Positions 1 through 12,276 of a stretch of 64,000 bases of DNA are shown here, piece after piece; positions within the stretch are counted from its first letter, which is position 1, and each line of letters opens with the position of its first letter. Position numbers and translations under genes: made by a program. Below the pieces are notes generated by a model. The model made no database searches. It saw nothing but the letters and a program-made list of their open reading frames with translations, and was not told where the DNA came from. Origin of the DNA: Octopus sinensis (Eukaryota); NCBI RefSeq assembly GCF_006345805.1, contig NW_021835437.1, forward strand, positions 1-64,000, written 5' to 3'.

Positions 1-399
1 TTAAAAATTACTATCGCTAGCTTTTCTTTCCCAAACGATTAAAGTTTTTTTCTTCTTTTCTGTTGTCACTGATTTGGTGAAGAAAACTCTTTGCGTTCGA
101 AAACATTTGCCATTTTTCTACAAAAATTTTGATCTGTTTTTTAAGTAATCAGAGTTTTGCCTCTGAATCTCTTCGTGTCAAAGCACTTCTTAGTTTGATC
201 TGCTAGCAAATGTTTCAAACATAGGTACAAACACACACACATGCACATACACACATACACACACATACACACACACACTCATATATATATATATCATTGG
301 TCATCCTGGTGATATGTTACAAAACACATCTTTTGCACGGTTGAAGTTGCAGTGTAGTGGGAAAGAAGACGTAACTACACAGCCGTACCTGGGTGTGCA

Positions 400-610
400 T
401 ACAGGAATATACAACCATGAAGAAACTTACCACCGAAACGTTCCGAAAGTATGGATGGTCACACACAATCAGTGACATGCACTCTATATGCCGATGCATT
501 AACCTGAGAATCTCTTTTTTTCTTTTTGAGGTGTTTCATCAATGTAAACATGGAAAGAAGGAATATGGAGGAAATTTATGCGAATACGAAATGCGTGGAA
601 TGGTAATGAG
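400..610 (+). mobile_element. Possible very decayed mariner transposase C-terminal remnant
   Basis: KLTTETFRKYGW and a later KCVE resemble mariner motifs, but the central YSPDLAP motif is not visible. Confidence 0.25.
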
Positions 611-889
611 AACAGATCCGTGAAAGGGGAATATAATACAAAACCAAAAATGAACACAAGACAGAGATTTAGTAGGAGTTTGATAGTTAAGCATGGACTG
701 ACACGCAGCGAAGATAGCTGAGTACACTCCTTCGACGATGTGTCTCTCACTGTCTCTCTCACGTTCTCTCCCCCTCTTTCTCATTCTATATCTATGTATC
801 TATGTATCTTCCTATTTACATAGATCTTGATGTAAGTTGTGTGTGTTTGTGTGTGTATATATATACATACATACATATTATATATATAT

Positions 890-932
<43 letters not shown>

Positions 933-963
933 TATATGTATATATATACATAAATATATACAC

Positions 964-1172
964 ACAAAATTTAGGGGATTTACCACTGAAAGTGGACAGC
1001 CTGTATGCTAGATATAGACGTGGCGTCTATATCTAGCATACAGGCTGTCCACTTTTAATGGTTAGTCATCTAAATTTTGTATGTAAAAAAATTTTTAATC
1101 TTCGGATTTTTTTTATATGCTAGGCCACTGGTTTTAATTGATTAATATCAATTTCTACCCTTATTTAATTTT
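964..1172. mobile_element. Foldback (hairpin plus tail) element between (TA)n tracts, copy 1; probably Penelope-like-element (PLE) derived
   Basis: Perfect 32-bp inverted repeat (989-1020 / 1024-1055, loop TGG), extendable imperfectly to 964-1080. It is followed by a ~90-nt unpaired tail. Shares accact..gtggacagcc..tatgctaga and tail sequence with 7456-7680. Confidence 0.7.
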
Positions 1173-2297
1173 ATATATATATATATACACACACACACGG
1201 GTTGGGTTGGGCAGACAGAGAAACAGATTCAGACAGACACACAGACACACAGACTGATAGATAGAAAAATAGATAGATGCGTGTGTAATTATGGACTCAA
1301 TTAACCCGACAAAACTTCGCACTAATGTACAGTGTCTATACACGTATAACCATATGATATAGACATACATGCGTGGTTGTATGAGTTATGTGTGTTTGTC
1401 TGTGTGTTTGTGTGTGTGTTTGTGTGGTGTTGTGTGTGTGTATTGTGTGTGTGTGTGTGTGTGTGTGTGTTGTGTGTGCGTGTGTGTGTGTGTAAATAGC
1501 CTGAAGGATTCACAAACAAGCTCACTGTGCCAATTTACCTTTAAATTTAACCAAACATTATTATAATAAACATGCGATTTACATTCCGAATAACCAACCT
1601 CCGCATTTATACACGCTGTATTTGGTAAACACATGGATCCTCATACACAGACGGACATATTTCCATTTATAACACACACATACATACATATACATACATA
1701 TGTATGAGTATATATATATATATATATATATATAATTCTTATGTATATTTTTATGCATATTTATGTATATATACATGTTTATATATATATACATATATAT
1801 ATATACATATATATATACATTAACATATATATATAGATATATATATATTTATATATATATATTCTTACACGCACAGAATCTGGAGTCTATATATTATCAA
1901 GTCATATTCCACGCAAACACACTTGTGCACTTAAAAGCACCCCCATCTTACATGCAAACACATAACTTCTCCTTCTTTTTACTTTGTTGCTCCAATCATT
2001 TCTATATTTCATCTTTAGATCTGTAGTCATCTATTATGAACCCATAACAAATCGATTATCCATCAGTTCCACACACTTTCAATGGCAATTCAGAATCTAT
2101 TGAATTAAGGAAGTCTTGGAATCACGAAAGCCATCTTGGATTCGGTACAAACTAATATCACGGATGATGTAAACTCTATCGTATGTTGAGGGTTATTCGG
2201 GTCACTCATGTTTGATAACATAGAAATGAAGTCCACAAATATACTGTAGTCTCACAGTAAGTCTCACCGATTGCACTAAGGTGCTGCGGTGACGCTC

Positions 2298-2352
2298 AGG
2301 TCAAGCTAGTGTCAAGATGGGATCAAGCTGAGGTCAAGCTGAGGTCAAACTG
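2298..2352 (+). repeat. Short 11-bp tandem repeat (AGGTCAAGCTG-like, about 5 units)
   Basis: aggtca 2298, gtgtca 2309, ggatca 2320, aggtca 2331, aggtca 2342, at an exact 11-bp period. Confidence 0.8.
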
Positions 2353-2414
2353 TAGTTAATCTGCAACACTTTGCGGTGCAACATGTTTGTGTTTTAACGT
2401 TTTTCTTTCATGCT

Positions 2415-2640
2415 TTACTTGTTACAGTCGTTTTACTGCGGTCATACTGGTGCACCGCTTTCAGGGTATTAGTCAAAGAAATCGATATCAGTCAGTAAGT
2501 GTTGCTTCCTACTTTCTTTTTCTTTGTTTTAAGTCTGGTATTTTTATATTATCGGTTTGTTTTACCGAACATCAAAGACACTCGGACGTGAACAAACCAA
2601 CGTCGATTGTGAAGCGGTGGTAGGAGGACAAATACAAACG
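2415..2640 (-). mobile_element. SINE family A, 3' half (degenerate)
   Basis: Reverse complement matches the 3' half of the full copies at 26403 and 42496 (ccagcatggccgcagtcaaatgactgaaacaagtaaa-like). Confidence 0.7.
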
Positions 2641-2740
2641 CAAAGATTACACGCTTGCATACACACACCTCATACATTCGCACAAGCAAGCACGCACAAA
2701 CACAATCACACACACAAACATACACACATACGCATATATA

Positions 2741-2885
2741 TGGCCGTGTGGTAAGTAGCTTGCTTACGAACCACATGGTTCCAGATTCAGTCCCACTGCG
2801 TGCCACTTTGGACAAGTGTCTGCTACTATAGCCTCGGACCGACCAAAGGCTTGTGAGTAGATTTGGTTGAAACGGAAACCGAAAC
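2741..2885 (+). mobile_element. SINE family A, 5' half (tRNA-derived head)
   Basis: ggccgtgtggtaagtagcttgcttacgaaccacatggttccagattcagtcccactgcg..., with A-box- and B-box-like motifs; more than 10 similar copies in the window. Confidence 0.9.
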
Positions 2886-3073
2886 TACAAGTAACCCTCA
2901 CCGCCAGAAGCCATGCATACGCCGTGTCCCAGTTTTGCTCATGTAATAGTGAACTTACGTACAACAATGTGGCCTAACTATCTCAACCTCAACCCACCCC
3001 AATTGCGGAAAATTTTACAATTGCGGCGTGACTCTGGAGCAACATTTCACTGTTTGGTATTGAATTAATCTAT

Positions 3074-3289
3074 AAGGCGGCGAGCTGGCAGAAACGTTAA
3101 CACGCCGGGCGAAATGCTTTGCGGTATTTCGTCTGCCGCTATGTTCTGAGTCGACTTTGCTTTTCATCCTTTCGGGGTCGATTAAATAAGTACCAGTTAC
3201 GCACTGGGGACGATGTAATCAACTTAATCCGTTTGTCTGTCCTTGTTTGTCCTCTATGTGTTTACCCCCTCCTGGGTAGTAAAGAGATA
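3074..3289 (+). mobile_element. SINE family B with 18-bp target-site duplication
   Basis: aaggcggcgagctggcagaaacgtt head and central ttttcatcctttcggggtcgat..aagtaccag (Deu/Nin-domain-like). TSD ggtattgaattaatctat at 3056-3073 and 3290-3307. Confidence 0.92.
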
Positions 3290-3508
3290 GGTATTGAATT
3301 AATCTATTGTAAAAATAAATGCTAAGCAACACATTTTCTTCCTCTTTGCGTTGTAAGTTCAAATATCTCTGAGAGTGAGTTTACTTTTAACGTTTTGGGA
3401 TTAGATTTAGTAAACGTCACTCAATTAGTGGAGTGAATCCAATCGAGTTAAATTCTTCCTCAAACTTGCTGGCCTTCTTCCAAAATTTGAAACACTCGCA
3501 TTGCGATC

Positions 3509-3760
3509 GTGAATTGATCTGTAACAATACAGTGTTGACTAAAGTATCGCATCTAGACATTGCAGAAACCATTGCAATTTTAGCATAACGATGTAGTTAT
3601 ATGTCACGGTACGTGATATTGTATTAATTTGTTGAAGGTGAATTGATCTATTACAGAGCAGTGTTGACCGATCTCTCCCAGTGAGAGCTTGCAGAAAATA
3701 TCGCAACCATTCGCATTTGCCACGGTTTTGCGATGGTGAATGAATCATTTATAATGTCGC
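3509..3760 (+). repeat. Degenerate tandem duplication, ~130-bp period
   Basis: gtgaattgatct..cagtgttgac..ttgcagaaa appears at ~3509 and again at ~3638. Confidence 0.6.
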
Positions 3761-3934
3761 TCTGACCAATCAGTCGTAACGTAAATCTCGGTAAATATAT
3801 TCACATTTCGATATTAGATCACTGGCACAGATTGATTTTAGATTTATCTAAGTCTGTATGTAGTTGGTTAATATTTCTTGACGCGAAGTAATCATGAAGC
3901 TAAATCAACCCAGGATAAAAATAGGTTAAATTAA

Positions 3935-3994
<60 letters not shown>

Positions 3995-4499
3995 AATGTA
4001 GGTAAAGAAAATAATCATGACGCGCCCGCAGCAAATCATGACATACGCAGAGCAAATCTCGCTGCAATAAGAGTCCATCATTCTGGTGGAGGAAAACCAC
4101 GTGATTAAATAGTTTGCTTCTTAATTAGATCGTTCTCGTTCGATTACAACGTGGCGAGATTTCAAGCAACTATTTTCTGTTGTGTGAGAAAGATAGAAAA
4201 TAAAGTGAAACGAAAAGGAGTCAAGTCGCGCTGGAAGAATAAAAGATCGCCTCGGGAAGCAAGGACATAGTTGATAATATAGTCTCGAACAGATGAGATG
4301 TGAATAGAAGTAAAAGATACGAGGAAGAGGATTGTGGTTAAGAATCTCAGGATTACTCTGTTGATATACGTGTGTAATTGTTTGTGTGTGTGCATCATCT
4401 GTGTGTATGTTTGTGTGTGTATAGGTATATGTGCGCAAGGCTAGCTTGAGTCTGATGAGGCCAAACAAGAGACTTCATTCATACAAAGGCAGGCAGGGT

Positions 4500-4576
4500 G
4501 ACAGGGACAGACAGACAGATATGTAGGTAGGTGAATAGATATATATAGATAGATAGATATAGATTGATAGATAGAT

Positions 4577-4607
<31 letters not shown>

Positions 4608-4646
4608 TAGACAAATAGATAGATAGATAGATAGATAGATAGACAA

Positions 4647-4693
<47 letters not shown>

Positions 4694-4732
4694 TAGATAT
4701 AGACAGATAGATAGATAGATAAAGAGATAGAG

Positions 4733-4769
<37 letters not shown>

Positions 4770-4778
4770 TGTAGACAA

Positions 4779-4824
<46 letters not shown>

Positions 4825-4885
4825 TAGATAGATAAATAGATATAGATTAAAAAAATACATAGATAGACAGACAGACAGACAGAGA
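4500..4885. repeat. (GATA)n/(GACA)n microsatellite
   Basis: Read directly from the sequence. Confidence 0.97.
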
Positions 4886-5341
4886 AACGGACAGGGAAAA
4901 GTTACATTTGACGATATTCATAAAGAAAAACAGATAAATCGGTCGTAAAATATTTCTGGCAAAGCTCCAGAATGGACACTGCTGATGCACAATTGGTTCC
5001 ACTTATAAATGTATTGTTACTCTTTATCTCGTTGCCAAATCCCCGTCGGCCAACAAATTGCTGTCTTGTAAAAGGTGGGGTGCAACAATATTTGATTTAC
5101 GGTTAGTAATGTTTTCCCGTGACAAACAACAATCACACTTAAATACACACGATTATATATACGTATGTGTGTATGTATGCATGTGCGAAAATAAGTATGC
5201 AGCTACGTAGGTACGTTTGTGTATATATATATATATATATATATATACATTTGTGTTTGTGTGCGTGTGTGTATGTTTATGTGTAGTGTATGTCATGCTG
5301 ATATATATCTCAAATATATGTGTATCAGATTCTGAGTCTAC

Positions 5342-5372
<31 letters not shown>

Positions 5373-5771
5373 CATATCTATCTTTCAATCAATATATGTC
5401 TATATGCTATATGTGTGTGTGTGCCTGTGTCTGTATGTCTGTGTGTGTGTGTGTGTGTGCGTGTGCGTGTGTTATAACATTGTTATTTGCTTACTTACAC
5501 AGCTTTACCACATTAGGCAGAGATAGAATTTCGCCACTGTATGTAAACGAGATTTGATTCAGTGATGTATGGCTTCCGCTCGAATGTCTTCTCTTGTTGA
5601 CAAAAGTGGATAATTGAAGCTGTATGATAGAAGAGACTCAACAAAGAGGATTCCGCTACCTCTAACCCACTGGACTCCAGCTTTGAGGCCCCTAATTAAC
5701 AGAGGACATGGTACACACTGGACGCAACCTATTCTATTACTCTGTGTAAGTGTTTATACATACACTTACAT

Positions 5772-5920
5772 AGGCAGGAGTGGCTGTGTGGTAGGTAGCT
5801 TGCTTATCGACCACATGGTTCCGGGTTCAGTCTCACTGCGTGGCAAGTGTCTTCTACTATAGCCTCCGGCAGACCAATCACACTTGTGGGTGGATTTCGT
5901 AAACGGGAACTGAAAGAATG
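5772..5920 (+). mobile_element. SINE family A, 5' half
   Basis: aggcaggagtggctgtgtggtaggtagcttgc...cgggaactgaaagaa. Confidence 0.88.
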
Positions 5921-6056
5921 TATGTATATGTTTGTGTGTCTGTGTATATATACATTTACGTGTGAATATATATATGCATATTTATATAAAGATGTACATA
6001 TATACGTTTTTACACACACACACACACACACAAATATATATTATATATATACATTC

Positions 6057-6088
<32 letters not shown>

Positions 6089-6263
6089 TACATTCATATA
6101 TATATACCACACACATATATATTATATATATCTATATATATATATATATAAATACAAAATGGGACAAGAACGCAAAACATCCGGACAACTAGGTGATACT
6201 AAAAGAGACAAACAAACAGAAAGACGATACACATTTATATATAGCGGCGTACGTACACTTTGT

Positions 6264-6319
<56 letters not shown>

Positions 6320-6330
6320 ATATATATATA

Positions 6331-6545
6331 ATATAATATTAATTCGAGACAAACCCACTATTTTGCAAAACAAACAAGGAAAGACTTAATCAATACATAA
6401 AAATTTTTTATATATATTAAAAATGTTTATGTATTGATTAAGTCTCGAATTAATATTATATAATATTTTACTATAAAATTGGATTTAATCCTAAATCTGA
6501 TTTTTCCCTGTAAATTTGGATTTTATTCCCTAAATTTTTATAATA
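6331..6545. mobile_element. Foldback plus tail element in (TA)n, with an internal deletion in one arm
   Basis: 6331-6350 pairs with 6442-6461, and 6382-6401 pairs with 6426-6445. A ~85-nt unpaired tail and (TA)n follow. Confidence 0.65.
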
Positions 6546-6565
6546 TAATTATATATTATATAATA

Positions 6566-6606
<41 letters not shown>

Positions 6607-6607
6607 G

Positions 6608-6640
<33 letters not shown>

Positions 6641-7405
6641 TAGAGAGATAAATAATAGATAGATGATAGATAGATAGATAGATAGATGATAGATAGATAG
6701 ATAGATAGGTAGGTAGGTAAATAAGCATATAGATACACACATACATACATAAAGCTATACACTAATGCAGTCAACACAGATTTTAATGATTGACAATGAC
6801 GTGAAATGATGACCAACACCCACAAGTATTGTTTTCGTTATTCTGAATCGATTCCGTGACAGGTTTCATAGAAATATTGTTCTGTCGGTAGCAGATTTTC
6901 TGTCGGAAACTAGACATTCAAGAATTCATAGTTCCAGCCAAAATATTACAAAACATAATGCAAATTTATGAGGTAGCGACACATATTCTTCGAATTTGTA
7001 AGGAATATGCAGCCTAAGCCACACTTTCTCTCTTTCTCTCTCGCCCCCCCCTTCTCTCACTCTCAAATGTATTCAAATATGTGTGCATGTATACTTCTTT
7101 TTGAATGTATGTTCATATATTTATATTATATATCTGGCGGAGATCCTTATACAGAAAATTCGCTATTGACCCTGATAAACACTTTTCTCTTTCTGTTTTT
7201 TTTTTTATTTCTTTTTCCCTTTCGCTCTTTGTCTTGGATTATGTCTCTCTTAATATGTCTCTATACTCGCCATATGTGTTCACTTGTTCTCTTTTTCACT
7301 TCTTATCATAGAATCTCTTCATATACATCTGGGAGGGAATTCTCCACCTTAAACTCCCGAATACATTCATGGCCTCTTCGATTGGAATGATGCTTTTCTA
7401 CGGGG

Positions 7406-7455
<50 letters not shown>

Positions 7456-7462
<7 letters not shown>

Positions 7463-7680
7463 GGGCTAAAAACCACTATGTGGACAGCCATATGCTAGAA
7501 GTAGATCACATACGATCGTATGTGATCTAATTCTAGCATATCGCTGCCCACATAGTGGTTTTTGCCCTAATATACACATGATTGGAATTTTCTCTGATTT
7601 TTCAGATTTTGTATGCAAAGCTACAGGTTTTAAATTGATATAATTAAATTAATTATGTAATTTATATACCTCATTATTTA
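7456..7680. mobile_element. Foldback (hairpin plus tail) element in (TA)n, copy 2
   Basis: Near-perfect ~59-bp arms (7456-7515 / 7516-7574) centred on tacga|tcgta, then a ~105-nt tail similar to 1081-1172. Confidence 0.72.
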
Positions 7681-7849
7681 ATATATATATATATTATTAT
7701 ATATATATATATATATATATATATCCAGTGGGGGAGCCTAGGTGAGAAACAAGCTCTTTCTCTATGGACCAGAAATCTTGAAATAAAACTGAACAATGAC
7801 ATACATACATACGTACCCATACATATACACACATGCATACATACATACA

Positions 7850-7881
<32 letters not shown>

Positions 7882-9874
7882 CATATACTACATACATACA
7901 TACATATATACATGCATACATACATACATATATACATACATATATACAAACATGCATAAATGCATACATGCATGCATGCATATAGGCATGCATACCGAGA
8001 CTAACATTCCAGCAATAAAATCAAGTTCACAAAGTAATATCTTTTGCGAGGAAGTGAGATCGAAGCGACATCACATACACCTGGAAGGTTTTAATCCAAC
8101 ATGCTACTTAACCATATCGCCATTCCTGTGACCACATAAATCAGATCTTATGTTGACATAACACTTGATAAATGTAATTCTATATCCACAAGTAAATAAC
8201 TAAAATATAAGATTACAAATAAAACATCGCAGAGCAGAGAAACTAGAGAAGTTAGCTGTCGTACTTGAGTTTTTACTGGATCTGTATATTTAGTTAAACA
8301 ATGACCATTTTGACGTGTTAACGGGGGAATTGCAACTTCGCAATGGCCGTCTCAAATTTTATAGCCGTTAACAGTGGCTTCTGTTTCTTTTTTTTTTCTT
8401 TCCATTTATTTTCTTGCGTGTAATTTTGTTAGATTTTCGCGTATATATTTTTATATTTTTCTCTCCTTTCCTTTTCGTGGATTTGATATTTGCTTTGTAG
8501 ATTTATGCTGACGAATAATTTATTTGTTGAAGCCCTTCGTCTGTTGTTGACTAGTTTTATTACTGTTTGCTGTTTATTGTCGTTGCTTTCGTTGCCACTG
8601 TCCTTGTTGCTTTTGTTGTTATTGTTGTTGAGGTTTTTGTTTTTCTTGTTGTTTTGTCGTCGTTGTCGTCGTGTTTATCTTTTGAGATTGTAGTTATTTA
8701 ATGTTCCGTGTCAAGTCTATTTACCGTTCGTTTATTTTCCGATGATATTCAAACCTACCTCTGAATAGTTTGATGTGGTTTCGTTCAAGATACTGAAATT
8801 TCCATTTCACTCTATTTCTCATTCACTACGACCCATTTCCATTCAATCCGCTTCTTTTGCTTCCTTCTAACTCTTTATAACTCTTTCGATAACTCGATGT
8901 TATCAAGTGTTTATTATTATATACGTACGCCTATTTCATTCCTAGATATATATTATATGAACCTACGAATACAAACTTACATAAACATGACTCTGTGTGT
9001 GTATGTGTGTGTGTGTGTGTGTGTGTGTTGTGTGTGCGTGTGTGTATAAAATATTTAATTCAGAATCACTTTATTTTATTCACACACATAAGTATCTTCG
9101 AGGTCTTAATTCTAAGTGACTGGCCACAGTTTCCTTTGAACTTGTCGACTCATGTGAGTGTGAATGTCTACGTGTATGTGTATATGTGTATGTATGTATG
9201 TATGTATGTATGTATGTATGTATGTATGTATGCGTGTGCGCACGTGTGTGTGTGCATTTTTCTATGTATACGGATACATAGATAAATGGATAGATAAATA
9301 TATACATATACATATATATATATTATATATTATATATAATATAGTACATGTATATGCGTATATACATATGTATATGTGTGTTTGTGTGCATGTTTGTTTG
9401 TGTGTGTTTGTGTGAATGTGTGTGTATATGTGTTGTTTCTACATGTGAGTGGATTTATCATCTTACCTTCTTATTTATTTGTAAACAGATATAAAATATC
9501 TACATTTGCCAAGCGCAATAAGTACCGCGATGTTCATCTTATGCTTTCTGCGTAGTTGCGTAGCTATGGAGTCAATCCTTACATATATAAAAAATAATAG
9601 TCATTTTATATCTTGTACAACGAAGCTTCACATCTTGAGATATCAAGCGGTATAAAAATCCTGCATAGATGCAACTGTCACGTACACCTATGTTTACTTT
9701 TTCGTTTCCTTGTAACCCAGGACACACCAAGAAACCAAATAACAAATTCATTAACCCGTCTCCTCCCTAATCACACACGTATTTTCCCCCTAATATTTCA
9801 TTTCCTTGTTGGAACGGATTGAATTATCAGCTACCTCCAAGAGGATATATATAGTTATATATATATATAGATAT

Positions 9875-9911
<37 letters not shown>

Positions 9912-10419
9912 GATAGATAGATAGATAGATAGATAGATAAAGTTCAATTTGACACTCCACTAGATTGGACGAAAGCGCTGATATATGATATATGATTATA
10001 TGTATTAAAAAACAACGTAAATACAAATAAATATCTGTAAATATAAAACCATCCGAATTTCTGAGTACCTCATTTCTTCTAATATAAAATACCTGTACAT
10101 CATCCAAACCTTCAAATATATATATATATATATATATAAAGAAAAATAAAAAGATATATATATATATATATATCTTACAGCATGATCTCAGAGCAATCTT
10201 ATGTTGTTTGCCGCCATAGATATCTGCATGCACTCATGTACGGGTATGTGTTCTCTCTCTCACTTCCTCTGAGTATATATACATACATGCAGACGCACAC
10301 ACACACACACACATGCGTACACATCACGCACACACACACGCATATCTATATATATGTATGAATGTAAACATGTATATGCATGTGTCTTTATGTATGTAGA
10401 TAGGAGTTTTATATATATT

Positions 10420-10580
10420 AGCAGGGACAGTATTGCACTAACGATTGCGAGATCTGGGTTTCGATTCCCGGTCCTGACGTTACGTTGTGTTCCTAAGTAA
10501 TTTCACGTCGCTCTATGATCATTTCGTCATCGGACATGTGGCACATTTTGCACTACGACAAATAACATCGATTTGATGGG
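10420..10580 (+). mobile_element. SINE family C, degenerate
   Basis: B-box-like ggtttcgattccc followed by ttgtgttcctaag..tttcacgtcgctc, similar to the copies at 51597 and 60646. Confidence 0.55.
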
Positions 10581-10980
10581 AGGAAAAATTGCCGAACCAC
10601 CGTACGTCGTCCAACGACGTGAGAGTCCTTCTTCTACACACCCGAGAGAGCGAATATATCAGATCTCAAATTTTGTCTCCAACCTTGTTGCAGAGAGGCT
10701 CCTAACCCTGAAGTAGCGAAAGAAAAGTAAAATGTATAAACCATTTTTTCGTATTCTTTCCTATAACTTATAGTCTTTCGGCTTAAAATAAAAAAAACAA
10801 ATGCTATTTACATTTCTGCAAACACATACACACATATGCTCACACAAACACGCACCTACACACACACACACACACATACGCACGAACACACACGCATGAC
10901 GCAGACAAAAACCCCACATTAATATACATATGAAGGTAGCTTGGTATTTAGAAAGACAGGTATATAAAAAGATGCACTGA

Positions 10981-11030
<50 letters not shown>

Positions 11031-11047
11031 ATATTATATATATATAT

Positions 11048-11084
<37 letters not shown>

Positions 11085-11164
11085 TATATAAAAGTATATA
11101 AATATAAAGTATAAATATATCTAACCATGATCGTATACGTGTATAGTAACAATATACTTATATA

Positions 11165-11272
<108 letters not shown>

Positions 11273-11825
11273 TACATTACTTATATATATATATATGTAT
11301 GTATGTATGTATGATATATATGCATAATATATATATATATAGATACATACATACATACATACATACATATGTATATGTCACGTTTATACGAACTCATATA
11401 TCTCAATATCGCATTATATGAGATAGAGCAAGAACGTATATATGTTTGCGTATATGTACGTGTATAGATTTACCTATCAAAATCCTATTGTTCCTACACA
11501 AAAGAATGATGCCTGTCAGTTATAAAAACTCATGATCAATCAAATCCTATCTCTGCACTTTACGCATGCGCACTCCGCACTCCATTAGATATCATAAACC
11601 GACAAAATAATAAATCTGCTTCTCTGATCTCAGTTACCCTCCGTTCTAAAAATGTTTATGTTTATGTGTAACATGATTGGATGAAAATAATCTCCTTCTG
11701 CATACAGTGCCACTATTGTGCAATGTAGATTGTTCCGAGTTTTCTGATTTATTCATACCCAGGGATACGGATACGCACATATACGCAGACACCAATTCTA
11801 TATATAAATATATATATATAAATAC

Positions 11826-11876
<51 letters not shown>

Positions 11877-12229
11877 TGTGTGCTTGTGCATGCTTGTTGT
11901 GTTTTTGTGTATATATGTTTGTGTATGTGTATATATATGTATGTGTGTGAATACACACATATAAACGTATATGCATGAAGATATACACACACATACATAC
12001 ATCTTGCATACATACATGAATATATGTATATATACATATATACATCTATGCATATTTTATATATATATATATATATTAGTGTATATATATATATATATAT
12101 ATAGATATATATATATATATATACATTCATATATGTATACATAAATACATACACTACATTACATACATACAAACATACCCACATACATATACAAATATAT
12201 ATTTATGTGTATCTTTTTTCTCTTTATAT

Positions 12230-12276
<47 letters not shown>

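Noticed and set aside
4447-4476. CTGATGAGGCC as a hammerhead core
   Set aside because: There is no closing stem II, no GAAA and no NUH triplet.
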